Notes under the pieces: model-generated
Databases searched by the model: none
Told to the model about the DNA's origin: nothing
Seen by the model: the letters and a program-made list of their open reading frames with translations, nothing else
In this document: positions 1 through 12,757 of the stretch, in pieces
Layout: every line of letters begins with the position of its first letter
Numbering within the stretch: the first letter of the stretch is position 1
Assembly (NCBI GenBank): GCA_052327205.1
Contig: CM126230.1
Location: forward strand, 42,160,001-42,224,000
Source: Somniosus microcephalus
Lineage: Eukaryota
Reading direction: 5' to 3'
Length of the DNA: 64,000 bases
Position numbers and translations under genes: made by a program

Positions 1-20
1 AGTACTGAGTCTGTAAGCAA

Positions 21-432
21 GGGGGGAAAATTGGCTCGAGCCCCCTTTGGGGCAATAATTTCGGGAGGGCTCCCCCTCCCTCTTGGGGCGCTCCCATTGA
101 ATATCACGGCGCTATGTGGAGCAGGACCACGCGCGCCGGCACGTAACGCCGCGGTACTGCAGGACTCCCGCCCCTGACTAAAGGGGAGGGGCCTAGCGCA
201 ACGCGCACCGGGGCCCTGCTGGACTACCGGGGAGCGGGGTGCCGGCAAAAAGGGCGCGAGCCAAGTTTGCGGCTGGGGCGCGAGCGGGGCGCTGCATCAT
301 CGCCGGAGGGGGTGCAGCGGCGTGGGGCGCTACCGGCTACCGCCGCCGCTAACTTCCCGCTGAATTTCGCTTTGCGCCTCCCTCGGGGCGCTAACGGGAG
401 GCGCAAAGCAACCAAATTTCCCCCCCCCCCCC
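21..432. mobile_element. GC-rich MITE-like non-autonomous DNA transposon
   Basis: Imperfect terminal inverted repeats GGGGGGAAAATTGG / CCAAATTTCCCCCC. Internal 12-bp hairpin TTTGCGCCTCCC/GGGAGGCGCAAA at about 371-408. Confidence 0.6.
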
Positions 433-847
433 AATTTTCTATGTATCCTGTAACACAGGGTGACAATATCCTATCACTGAACCTTGTAGAACATTAATGC
501 TGCTGGCAGAAACAACTAAGAGCTTTTTTTTGACAATTCCCACTCTTCTAACAGCTGAATCTAGCACTTTTACAGTGGACAGTTAAGTGGTCGATAGTGT
601 ACGGTGGTGTAATGGTTATGTAACTGGACTAGTAATCCAAAAAGTCCCAAATTAACGAGCTTGTTCGAAAACCGAATTGCTAACTACATTGTCTTGCCAT
701 TCACGGACTATTTTCATTAAAACAGGGATGATTTGACAGCAGTGTTTAAAATTGTGAAGAGATGGAGATGGAAACAGACTTCTCTTCCAGTGATTGAGGG
801 ATCTAGAATCAAGCCACATAGATATAAGATTAAATGTAAGAGATTTA

Positions 848-1165
848 GCACAGCTCAATCCCACAAACAGCAATGTGATGATGACCAGATAATCCAGGCT
901 TTTTTTATAGTGATGATGGTTCAGGGATAAATATTGGCCTCGGACATCAGGGAGAACTCCCCTGCTCCTCTTCAAAATAGTGGCATGGGATCTTTTACAT
1001 CCACCCGAGAGAGCAGACGGGGCCTCGGTTTAATGTTCCAACCGTAAGACGGCACCTCCGACAGTGCAGCACTCCCTCAGTACTGCACTGGAGTGTCAAC
1101 TTAGATTCTGTGCTCCAATGGGACTTGAACCCACTACCTTCTGACTCACTGGTGAGAATACTACC
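848..1165 (-). mobile_element. SacSINE1/Deu-type SINE, partial
   Basis: Matches the other copies (CCCACAAACAGCAATGTGAT...GGAGAACTCCCCTGCTC). Confidence 0.75.
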
Positions 1166-1249
1166 CTCATTAGGAATTGTATTGTGAGAAAATTAGAGTA
1201 AATTCACTGTTGTGGCTCATCTGTTCCAATGATCTCCTGATCAGCCTCA

Positions 1250-1958
1250 ACCCTCCATATTCTGAAGCTCGTCAAAAACTGTGCTGCCCGATCTCACACC
1301 GAGGCCCGTTCACCCATCAACCCTGTGCTCGATGACCTACATTGGCTCCTGGTCATCCAACACCACCGATTTAAAATTCTCATCCTCGTCTTCAAATCCC
1401 TCCATGGTCTCACCCCTCCCTATCTCTGTGGCCTCCTCCCTCCCTACAGCCCTCCCAGAACTCTGTGTTCCTCCAACGCCGGCCTCTTTTGCATCGCCCA
1501 GTCCCTTCACCTCACCTGTGGCGGCCGTACCTTCAGCCACCCAGGACCAGGCTCTGGAAAGGCCTTTCTTAAAACCCACTGACATGAATCAGTCATTCAT
1601 GAAAGAAAGACTTATGAAATAATACTGAGCGGCCTACGGGTTGCACTGTCCAGGGAGAGTATAAATACTCGGGCACGGGCCCAGCTTGCGCAGGACATTC
1701 TTAACAGGAACTAGTGAAGGACACAACTGGACCTCCATGTTGTAAAACAGTTGATTAAAGCTTTGTTTAACGCTTAGACCAAGTGCCTAGTAGTTTTCTT
1801 ACATCACCCACCTCTTCGGCCAATCTTTTGGTCAGCCCTCCTAATATCTCCTTCTTTGTCTCGGCATCCATTTTTGCAGAATTACCTTCCCCCCCCACCC
1901 ACCCAACCCCAGGGAAGCACCTTGGAATATTTTTCTACGTTAAAGGAGCAAGTTGTTG
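1250..1958 (+). mobile_element. L2-like LINE 3' fragment, split by a solo LTR
   Basis: LHWL...FKILILVFKSLHGLTPPYL motif and a tail shared with the other copies. Confidence 0.75.
1580..1806 (+). mobile_element. Solo LTR copy 1 (227 bp)
   Basis: TG...CA ends, 5-bp TSD CCCAC, TATAAATA at 1660, ATTAAA at 1754. Interrupts an L2-like fragment. Confidence 0.85.
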
Positions 1959-2073
1959 CTGTGAGGGAAACCACTTTAATAGAAGCCAGACAGAATCCTT
2001 TGCATTAACATGGTCCCGCTCACTGGCAGTGGGACGCACATACCTGCCTGGGGGAAGATAACCGTGTGGCTAA

Positions 2074-2300
2074 TGACATGAATCAGTCATTCATGAAAGA
2101 AAGACTTATGAAATAATACTGAGCGGCCTGCGGGTGGTGCTGTCCAGGAAGAGTATAAATACTCGGGCATGGGCCCAGCTTGCGCAGGACATTCTTAACA
2201 GGAACTAGTGAAGGACACAACTAGACCTCCATGTTGTAAAACAGTTGATTAAAGCTTTGTTTAACGCTTAGACCAAGTGCCTAGTAGTTTTCTTACGTCA
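2074..2300 (+). mobile_element. Solo LTR copy 2 (227 bp)
   Basis: TG...CA ends, its own 5-bp TSD GCTAA, 8 substitutions relative to copy 1 by manual comparison. Confidence 0.85.
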
Positions 2301-3199
2301 GCTAAGACAGATCATTGCCCTTTGGGTCTCACAGAAACCAGTGTAAGAGGGGAACAACAGCCTTGTGAGGTATGAGGCACTTCCAGGATAACAGCATGTC
2401 ACTGGCACTTTTGCTATTTCCAATGCAGCGTGACCAAATGCCTCAAATTTCATTGGAAGCTGATAAAATAGTAACAGCAGGAACCGTAATGGCACCCAGG
2501 CAGAACACATATCACTGTACTTTATTGACGAGATGTCACAGCCTTGATATGAAAACCCTTCAAAGTCATCTGAATGCAAGATTGTGTTACAGAGGAAAGC
2601 TGAGTGGAGGCCAGGCACATCGCCGCTGAGAAAATATCAAAGGGAAAGTCAGTGTGACATTGGCGCCGGTCTGCAATCAGGTCGAGGGCTGTCCCTTCGG
2701 CCGGAAGTTTACAGTGCGAGTGGTCCACAAGGAAAGAAAAGATAACGCTCCCGAATTTCCACGGGCGGTAATCTCGGTGATGGTGTTGGTATCGCGACCT
2801 GCTGGTGCCCTCACTGACCCCACCAGAGTTGGCGAGGCCAGTGGGAGAGATTAACAGGCGCCCAACAGGCGCAAGCACAACTTGGAGCACGTCCTTGGCC
2901 GTGGAAATACAGCCAGGATAGTTGTTCCTAAAACTTTTGTTTTTTTCTTATTTAATCGGAAGTCCTGGCCACCCACGAGTGGGACCCAGCGGCGCCTGTG
3001 CTGATACACCTCATCTTTCCTGATATACCCTGGAATGGGGCTTTGAACCCATAAACTTTCCGACTCAGAGGTGAGATTGCTGTCACTGAGCCATAGCATA
3101 TGCACAATGTAACATCAACTTCCGATTGGGAAGTTCACAAATGAACACTTAATATGCTCATAATACATTCCTGTTATTTGTACAAAACCATGAACTCAC

Positions 3200-4140
3200 G
3201 CTTTGCAGAGAAAAGTTCTAGCCTATTGTATTTTGTGCTGTGTACAGTTTTGGTCTCCTTACCTAAGGAAGCATATATTTGCCTTAGAGGGAGTGCAACG
3301 AAGGTTCACCAGACTGGTTCCTGGGATGGGGGGGTTGTCCTATGAGGAGAGATTGAGTAGACTAGGCTTATATTCCCTAGAGTTTAGAAGAATGAGAGGT
3401 GATCTCATTGAAACATATAAAATTCTAACAGGGCTTGACAGGGTAGATGTTTCCCCTGGCTGGGGAGTCTAGAACCAGGGGTCACAGTCTCAGAATAAGG
3501 GGTCGGCCATTTAGGACTGAGATGAGGAGAAATTTATTCAATCAGAGGGTGGTGAATCTTTGGAATTCTCTACCCCAGAGGGCTGTGGATGCTCAGTCGT
3601 TGAGTATATTCAAGACAGAGAGCGATAGATTTTTGGATTTTCCAGTGAATCACGGGATATGGAGATAGTGCGGAGAAGTGGAAACATAGAAACTAGGAGC
3701 AGGAGTAGGCCATTCGGCCCTTCGAGCCTGCTCCGCCATTCAATGAGATCATGGCTGATCATCCAAACCCTAGCACCCGGTCCCTACACCGACAGCCATC
3801 CCACCCAAGCCCTATCCCCGTAACCCCACATATTTAATCCCCCCTAACACTAAGGGCCAATTTTTATCATGGCCAATCAACCTAACCCGCACATCTTTGG
3901 ACTGTGGGAGGAAACCGGAGCACCCGGAGGAAACCCACGCAAACACGGGGAGAATGTGCAAACTCCACACAGACAGTCACCCGAGGCCGGATTTGAACCC
4001 GGGTCCCTGGCGCTGTGAGGCAACAGTGCTAACCACTATGCCACCGTGCTGCTAGATGGTCAGCCATGATCTTATTGGATGGTGGCACAGGCTCGAAGGG
4101 CCGAATGGTTGACTCTTGTTCCTATTTCTTATGTTCTTAT
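3200..4140 (+). mobile_element. CR1 LINE 3' fragment (host of the HE1 SINE)
   Basis: CVQFWSPYLRK...LEFRRMRGDLIETYKI and RGHSLRIRGRPF motifs. 3' tail resumes at 4052-4140. Confidence 0.85.
3683..4050 (-). mobile_element. HE1-type V-SINE inserted in a CR1 3' end
   Basis: tRNA-derived head (GGTGGCATAGTGGTTAGCAC...GGTTCAAATCC), V-domain (CCGGGTGCTCCGGTTTCCTCCCACAGTCCAAAGATGTGC) and CR1/HER1-like 3' tail. Confidence 0.85.
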
Positions 4141-5564
4141 TTTCTTGTTTACGGTTAATGCAACAGTAACAGAACTATCCATGGTATCTGTGTAGTTTTA
4201 CCACTGTACTTAGTATACGTTCAGCATCACAGTGTATAAACTGAAAGCAAACAAAACTGATCACCGCTGGGAGCCAGGACTTTCCCACAACCTGTGACAG
4301 TCCATGGATTAACATTTACTGTGTTGGAAACTGGTGGCGCCTTGAAATGAAGGACCACTCCTTGAAATAAATGGTCCAACATGTTCAGGGTTAATGCTGT
4401 TGGGAAACAAATTCTCTCATAACATATTACAGAACATCTAAAAAAAATAATTGCAAGTATTAAAAGAAACTAGATTGTCAGAGGCTAACTAGAAATAATA
4501 CACCTTGGACCATTTCACTGTAACCATAATATTTCCAAACTCACTTTTTCCTAATAAAGTATCATTGTCACTTCACCCTGCAATAGCAGGAGAAAGTTCC
4601 CAGTCCCCACAGCTGAATAAATTATTCAAACAACAAAGCTCTAAGTTTAGTCCATACTTTATTTTGTAAACCCATATAAATATATATTACTCCTATATTC
4701 ATTCGCCTGTATTCTGCCAGATAAAATAGTAGTTATCACTTGGTACCGTATATCTTTAGGTCCAACAATACTACAGATACACCCTTATCTGTATCACCTG
4801 CATCATTCACGTGGATGATTCAAGAGGAGTGCCCATCACCACCTTCTCAAGGGCAACTCGTAAATGCCGGCCTTGCCAGCAACGCCCACATCCCGAGAAT
4901 GGATTACAAAAAAAACACTTCCCAATGGCTGTGGAAAAAAAACCAACATTCAGCGTTGCTAAACAACACAAGCAAGCTTTGACAATAAATATAAACACTT
5001 CGTGGTATAGTATAATGAATAAAAATATGACTGGCAGAGATAGAGGGCACTAATTCAACCTAAGAGTTCTGGTGACATTGAATACCACTCGTGCTTAGCT
5101 CATGGTTCATGACACCAGTGGAATCCCTTTGATTCGTTCCTCTCTTGTATCTCACTATAGATCATCTATTATCTTATATATAGGACGTGGTCCCTCATTT
5201 CAGGCCAGGGACATCATAAAAGGGCAGGATCCTGACAATAATTAGAAAGTTCTTTTTATTTCTAGTTAACCTTTGGCAAGCTAGTTTCTTTTAATACTTA
5301 CAATAATTTTTTGGGGATATTCTGTAATATGTTATGAGAGAATTTGTTTTCTGACAGCATTAACCCTGAACACGTTGGACCATTTCACTGTAACCATAGT
5401 ATTTCCAAACTCACTTTTTCCTAATAAAGTATCATTTTCACTTCATCCTGCAATAGTTTGGAAAGGAGTTTCCACTGTAAAATCTCTTTTATGGTGCTCA
5501 TTATTTTGATGGTTTTCTGCAGCTAAAGGATAGAGTAGACAACCGTAAGAGCAACCTGCATTTA

Positions 5565-6027
5565 AAAAGAAAGACTTGCATTTATATAGCGCCTTTAATG
5601 ACCACCGGACGTCCCAAAGCGCTTTACAGCCAATGAAGTACTTTTTGAAGTGTAGTCACTGTTGTAATGTAGGAAACGCGGCAGCCAATTTGCGCACAGC
5701 AAGCTCCCACAAACAGCAATGTGATAATGACCAGATAATCTGTTTTAGTGATGTTTATTGAGGGATAAATATTGGCCAGGACACCGGGGAGAACTCCCCT
5801 GCTTTTCTTCAAAATAGTGCCATGTGATCTTTTTCGTCCACCTGAGAGAGCAGACAGGGCCTCGGTTTAACATCTCCTCTGAAAGACGGCACCTCCAACA
5901 CTGCAGCACTCCCTCAGCACTGGAGTGTCAGCCTAGATTTTTGTGCTCAAGTCTCTGGAGTGGGACTTGAACCCACAACCTTCTGACTCAGAGGTGAGAG
6001 AGTGTGACCCACTGAGCCACAGCTGAC
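5565..6027 (-). mobile_element. SacSINE1/Deu-type SINE, full length
   Basis: tRNA-like head, Deu-like core and TGCAAGTCTTTC tail. Multiple copies in the window. Confidence 0.8.
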
Positions 6028-6038
6028 ACATTTATACG

Positions 6039-6243
6039 CAGAAAATTGCTGCAAACACTCAGCAGGTCAGGCAGCATCTGTGGAGAGAGAAACAGAGTTA
6101 AAATTTCAGGTCGATGACCTTTCGTCAGAACGACCTAAAACATTAACTCTGTTTCTCTCCTCGCAGGTGCTGCCTGACCTGCTGAGTGTTTGCAGCATTT
6201 TTCTGTTTTTATTTCAGATTTCCAGCATCCGCAGTATTTTGCT
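6039..6243. mobile_element. Penelope-like foldback fragment
   Basis: Inverted arms (CAAACACTCAGCAGGTCAGGCAGCA / TGCTGCCTGACCTGCTGAGTGTTTG) around a CTGACGA...GAAA core on the minus strand. Confidence 0.65.
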
Positions 6244-7789
6244 TCTGCATTCATGCACTGTTCCCTTAAAGGCAGAAAAGCTTCCCAGGGCGTTTCACGG
6301 AGGCGTAAGGGGAAAAAATGGACCCAGAACCAAAGAACGAGAGATCAGGAGAGGTGAGCAAAAGCTTGGTCAAGTAGATGGGTTCTAAGGAGAGGAGGCA
6401 GAGAGGTGGAGATTTTGGGATAGAATTCCAGACTATGGGCTGGAAGCACAGCCACCATTGCTGACTTTACGTGAAGCGATCAATTCCAAGGCATAGTATT
6501 AATGGTCCTAATGTCTGTTACAACTCCACAGTGCTTTCTCTAAAATATTTTAACTTTTTACATTAGAAGGTCTGAGCCTTGTCTGATGCTTAACTGAATA
6601 AATATATCATGAATTATGGAATTAGAGCAGCTATTTTTCAGGTTTTTTCCCCCTCTGGTGCAGTTATCCTGTCCCATTTGCATGCTTTGCAGCAAGGCAC
6701 AGCTGACAGTATAACTCCAGGGTCAGATCCCATCTGACTCCAGTGGTGCGAGACTCCTCAGCCCCTCCCATTTCCTTCCCCGGGGAGGCTGTCTCATATC
6801 GTTTGGCACCTCATGGGGTACGCCAGGTTTACAGAGAGTTCAGGGAGACTTTATAAGCTTAAGCAGAGCTCGTGGTTACAGCTACACTCTCAATACATTG
6901 AAAACTTACTGCCAGAGTGCGGAGTTCTACACAGTGGTATAAGCGCATAGGTGCAGCCCTCTCTACTGGCTGCGAGAGTCAAATTCACAAACAGGCAGTG
7001 TAAGTAAACAAGGTGCAAATCCAGACTCCAGCCGCTGATCTGAGACTGGTAGCAACAGTATAGCTCCACCCTAAGACACACATTCTTTGACATATCTACG
7101 GGTTTCACTGATTCTCTTGTTTGGTCGGGAGGTTGAGTGATTTCCAGGAACTGTTGCATGGATCCAGGTAGATGCAGGTGGCTTAAAATGTCTTCATTTG
7201 CTACATTACTTAAAGCCTAAGTCTGATCTTTTGGCGTTTCAGGATATGAAAGTTCCAAAGTTCACTTTCTTTGTCTCTGCGTTGTCATGTGCTTGTGCAG
7301 TTGCAGCAAGATAGCTGACACCTTTTTGTAAAATCCCATCTTCCTGTCACTCCCTTGTTGAAAGATGCCTGGGAGTGTGCAGGATCATCTGCTTTCCTCT
7401 AATCCAGCTTGTCCTGACAAGCAGCTCACCGCCCCTGACATTACGCAGGACCACCCCAGAAAGACAAATAGTTTGAACAAGGCAGAGACTTGACTTTGTC
7501 TCCAGAAAGAACCACAAACGATGAAATCCCCGACCTAGCTATCTACTTCTGTACAAATCTATCGATGGAACATCTTTTACTGCATTTAACTTTTTTTCAT
7601 ATGACATTTTGATTAAAAAGTAAAAATCCCACTGAAACATTTGCTGCTTAATATCTCAAATATAAGAATTATACGACTGGTGTGAGCACATTTAGCCAAT
7701 GTATTAAAAGATAACTTGAGCCAATAGTAATGTTGCATGGGGCTCATGGCAGAATGATACTGTACCAAATCATACCAGAGCAGGCAAGT

Positions 7790-8113
7790 TGAATCTTCCC
7801 TCTCTGTCTGCGTTCCTCCAACTCTCACCTCTTGTCCATCCCCCACTTCGTTCACCCCACCATTGGCGGCCGTGCCTTCAGCCATCCCGGCCCTAGGCTC
7901 TGGAATTCCCTCCCTAAACAGCTCCGCCTCTCCAGCTCTCTCTCCTCCCTTAAGATGCTGCTTAAAACCTATCTCTCTGACCAAGCGTTTGGTCACCTGT
8001 CCTAATGTCTCCTTCTTTGGCTCGGTGTCAGATGTTGTCTGATTACGCTCCTGTGAAGCGTCTTGGGACATTTTACTATGTTAAAAGCACTATATAAATG
8101 CAACTTGTTGTTG
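7790..8113 (+). mobile_element. L2-like LINE 3' fragment
   Basis: GGRAF...LWNSLP-coding region and (TTG)n tail. Confidence 0.75.
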
Positions 8114-8477
8114 TTTAGCCACACCATTGTGTGAGCTGCTGATTAGAAGGGTAAGTGCCTCTCTAGATGAATGACCCTCTCAGCTGTAATTGGAGGCCAG
8201 GAGAGAAAATGGGAACAATGGTAACAGGGATGAAGCACACACAACGGCAAACAAAACCTCCTCTGGATCCAACACTGACATGAAATGAGGTGCAGAGACT
8301 AACGTTGGCTTGCCTGCTGTCTCATTTGTAACAAAGTTTTGTTTGTCAATATGGTTAGAAGGAATGTTCTAATGGATAGAGTGCTGGGTCTCAAGTTTTA
8401 ATTAACTGGAGAACTACCAGCACTGAGGAAGGAAGGAAGAAAGAAAGAGAGAGAGAGAGAGAGAAAGAGAGAAAGAA

Positions 8478-8780
8478 AAAAGACTTGCATTTATACAAGG
8501 CCTTTCAGGACGCCTCAAAATGCTTTACAATCGATTAATTGCTTTTTCTTTTCGAAGTGTAGTTACTGTTTTAATGTGGGAAACGCGGCAGCCAATTTGT
8601 GCACAGCAAGCTCCCACAAACAGCAATTAAATAAATGACCAGATCATGTTTGTTTAGGTATTGGTCAGGACGCTGGAGAGAATTCCCCTGCTTTTCTTCA
8701 AAATAGTGCCATGGGATCTTTTACATCCGCCTGAGAGGGCAGACGTCAGTTTAACCTCCGACAGTGCCGCTCTCCCTGAA
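8478..8780 (-). mobile_element. SacSINE1/Deu-type SINE, partial, with GA-rich tail at 8428-8480
   Basis: Similarity to 5565-6027. Confidence 0.7.
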
Positions 8781-11242
8781 TAGCATCCAGCAGCACCGGG
8801 TTTGGAATGAATGACAGGGAACCCGTTGACATCCAAAAATGAGAAGGATGCAGACTCCCACTGTGGCCGATCAGATGCCCACCAACCGAGGTCACGACCG
8901 GTGTCAGCTGAGTACGTGTCAGAGCCTCGGCTTGAACTGAAATGTCGGGACACATCAGGGTGCTGGGAACTTCTGCAAGATCGTGATTTCTCTGAACAGG
9001 TCGGAGAGAGTTCCAGGAAATTTTAAATGGGAACTGTAGAAAAGAAAGAAGTGATTTGAAAGTACTTGCACCAAAAGCACCGCCCGCCTTTATTTAAAGA
9101 GGCTGAGACATGTATAATGGGAACCAATAAATGGACAGATCCTCCATTTAAAATTTCAAGTGTGTTCAAAGAATGCAGTGGTATGTGGCCCCCTTAATGA
9201 ATCCAGAGTTATGTTTTTGATCTTCAAAGTGGGATTTAACATTCATTATACTTTGTTCTTCTGGACAATTGTTGTTTTTTTTGGTCCAAAATAAATAATC
9301 TTCGAAGTAACTAACTGTTGGGTGTACATTATTTAATTGATACACAATGGGCTGTGTGTAGTCCTGTGAAAAGCTGTGCTAAACATTAATTCAGCAGCGT
9401 ATTAAGTCCAGTAATAATAGAAGAGATTACTTTTTCTATCCTGATTGATAACAGGGATTTACTTCCATTTGTGCAGTCGTTAATAGTTGGAACTGGTGTT
9501 GGACATGAGGTGCATTAACTAGATTAGCAACCTGTGAATAATGAGAAATAAAGCACATTCTGAGGTAATCTAATGGACCTCAAGTGCACTGGGATGTCAC
9601 TCAATCATCTGTCTTTTCACTAAACTACTGCTCACCATCATTTATCCCCCTTTTGTGTACCGGGATGTCCAAATGCTCACCATTTTGTTCACCGATGCAA
9701 AGAAAATGGGAGAAAATTGGAATTGCTTGCAAGTTAATTCAGGCCATCTGCACCCCAGCTACGCGTCAAAGCACTTGCCCTTTGCTCATCCATCAGGAAG
9801 GAAAAGAAAGTAAAGGGGGGAAGAAAGGAAAAGTTAACAAAACAAAAATGAAACTACTGAAAAATTTGAGGAACTGTACAAGAATGCCACGTTTTGGGAG
9901 GAAAATATAAGCGAAAGAAGACAGACAGCTTTGAAAGATTTAAAGCAAGGCACAGTGAGGAAATATGATACATCGCTGGGTAATAATCAGGGCCACGGAG
10001 CCCATATGACTGAATAAGGCAAATTCCAGCATTATTACGTGGAATTCAAGGAGTTTTATTGCTCTTTTTGGATCATGTTTCATGATTCGGTCCATTTATA
10101 ATTGGGCCTATCGGTGACTGAATAAGTCAAATTCCATTTTTATTATATGGGATTATGAGATTTCGGGAACCCTGTTCCATGATTCGGATCATTTTTTCCA
10201 TGAAAACCACAAACTAGTGGGTTTGGTCACAAGCGTCACGGAAGCGTAGAAACATTTCCAGATTCAGTCCTGGGCTTTGAGTTCGCTGATCACAGCTGGG
10301 ATTGTGGGTGGGTAGCAACATAGGCCGCTGTTCAGTTCTGGGATTTTTTTGGCCATTTTTCCACAGAAGGAAATTGAAAATAAGTTAATTTTAATGTTTT
10401 AGCAAAGTGTATTCACAAGAGTTTAAAAAAAAAAGGAACCTGGGTGAAAGGTGTAAGTTTTAACTGAATGGAAATTGCTTCCCTGGAGATTAAACAATAA
10501 GGTATTCAATTAGATTGTCCAGGTATTCAGAAAACACATCACACCCATTGAGTTGGAAAGTATTTTGATCCCTGTGTGTCTGAACAGAAGGCAGATAAAG
10601 CAAAAGTGAGAGAGAGAGTCTTTTTGATAACAGAAAGACTATGGGGACAGTCAGGCTTTTAAACAGAGAGCTGTGAAAACTACTGGCAGACTCAGAAAGT
10701 CAGAAATTCTGGATGGACAGTCAGAAGATGTCTTTTCCAAGCCATGTAAGGTGGCCTACTGATGTGGGGAAGCATAGCGTGCTCTTTATTTTATACCACT
10801 ACAGGAAAAGAAATTGTTCCGATTGACTTAAGTGAATCTAATCATAACTGTTATTCTTTATGTTCACTCATTGTGGAAAAAAAGCAGGTTAACTATTCGT
10901 ATCCAGCCTTGGCTCACTGAGTGTTAACTCACTCTGCCTTCTGAGAGATTGAAGAAACAATTGTGCAAAAGGCACAGCTATTCAGTCCCAATTACAAGGG
11001 GACGCTGATGTTACATCCCTGAGTCACACGATTGTACAAGTAGATGTAGAACAGCAGGAGTCTGTAAGATATTCACACTACTGGGAGGAAGTGATGCCAC
11101 TAAACCCAAAAAGGCATCGACAGGAGACTTGAATTTGTAACAGCTGTGGTGGTCCCAAGCTTTGGAGGGGGGAATCATCAGTCTTGTTTCCAACCCTTTA
11201 GCTCACAATTCCTACTGAGAGATCATCATACAGTGGGTGTAA

Positions 11243-11640
11243 AAGAAAGAAAGACTTGCATTTCTATAGCGCCTTTCACAACCTCAGAACGTCCCAAAGC
11301 GCTTTACAGCCAATGAAGTACTTTTGAAGTGTAGACACTGTTGTAATGTAGGAAACGCAGTAGCTAATCTGTGCACAGCAAGCTCCCACAAACAGCAATA
11401 TAATAATAAAACCAGATAATCTGTTCTTAGTGATATCGGTTGAGTGATAAATATTGGCCAGGGCACCGGGGAGAACTCCCCTGCTCTTCTTCGAAATAGT
11501 GCCATGGGATCTTTTACATCCACCTGAGAGAGCAGACGGGGCCTTGATTTAACATCTCCCCTGAAAGACAGCACCTCTGACAGTGCAGCACTCCCTCAGT
11601 ACTGCACTGGAGTGCCAGCCTAGATTATGGGCTCAAGTTT
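11243..11640 (-). mobile_element. SacSINE1/Deu-type SINE
   Basis: Similarity to 5565-6027. Confidence 0.8.
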
Positions 11641-12351
11641 GTAGTCTGTCGGGGCAATGGTCCTGGACTAGCACCCCAGAGGTATTGAGTTCAGCATGGC
11701 AAGTTGTGACATTGAATTCAATAAATCTTGTAACTTATGACTGGCAGCAGAAGAGTGACCATGAAAGCTGCCAGGTTATTGTAAAGACGAAACTGGTTCA
11801 CTAATGTGCATATTCCCACCCGTTCAATCCATTTAAACCATTATGGGTTTGGCTGGTCTCGAGATCAGCAGCTACAGTATAATTACAGCTTAAATATTAG
11901 GTTGTTGCTTTTATCTATTCAATTTGGCAATGAGTGCTTTTGCTTGCTGTGATAGTGTTAAAGAAATCCGAGAGCTGGATATGCTTGTCGCATCTATTGT
12001 AAAGTACCTATCATCACATTGCACATACTGTATAAATGCTCTGTTTATTTTTTTTTCTAGATAATTCCACTCAAATGACTAGGTTGAATCTACCTCACTG
12101 GTTTGGGAAATGGAAAGCGTGATGTAATATTTTATTAGATCTGTTGTTTAAAGATGTTCTGTGTGACCTGTATGTTCTTTAGGGTCTCTCACTTCACTGC
12201 ATAAGTTGTCTTCATGTTTGCCCTCCTCTATGATATTTCATTTAATACAAAATAAATACTTCAGGTATAAATACGAATCATTTTATAATCTATCTCTGCA
12301 TACAAATATAGCTCAGGATTGAGATTTTATATATATATTAACTTTTTAAAG

Positions 12352-12757
12352 CTTCCCGATTAAAATTCTCATCATTGTTTTCAAATCCCTCCATGGCCTC
12401 GCCCCTCTCTATCTCTGTAATCTCCTCCAGCCGCGCCCCCCAAGATATCTGCGCTCCTCTAATTCTGGCCTCTTGAGCATCCCTGATTATAATCGCTCAA
12501 CCATTGGCGGCCGTGCCTTCTGTTGCCTGGGCCCTAAGCTCTGGAATTCCCTGCCTAAACCTCTCCAAATCGCTACCTCTCCTCCTTTAAGATGCTCCTT
12601 AAAACCTACCTCTTTGACCAAGCTTTTGGTCACTTGCCCTGAATTCTCCTTATGTGGCTCGGTGTCAAATGTTGTTTGATAATCGCTCCTGTGTCGCGCC
12701 TTGGGACGTTTTACTACATTAAAGGTGCTGTATAAATACACGTTGTTGTTGCTGTTG
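12352..12757 (+). mobile_element. L2-like LINE 3' fragment
   Basis: ORF 12473 encodes IGGRAFCCLGPKLWNSLPK. (TTG)n tail. Confidence 0.8.

Noticed and set aside
1580-2300. Single TRIM/mini-LTR retrotransposon
   Set aside because: Each repeat has its own TSD, and the spacer starts with the continuation of the L2 host, with no PBS or PPT.
3975-4050. tRNA gene
   Set aside because: It is the tRNA-derived head of a V-SINE. The same applies to the heads at about 5950-6027 and 55860-55935.
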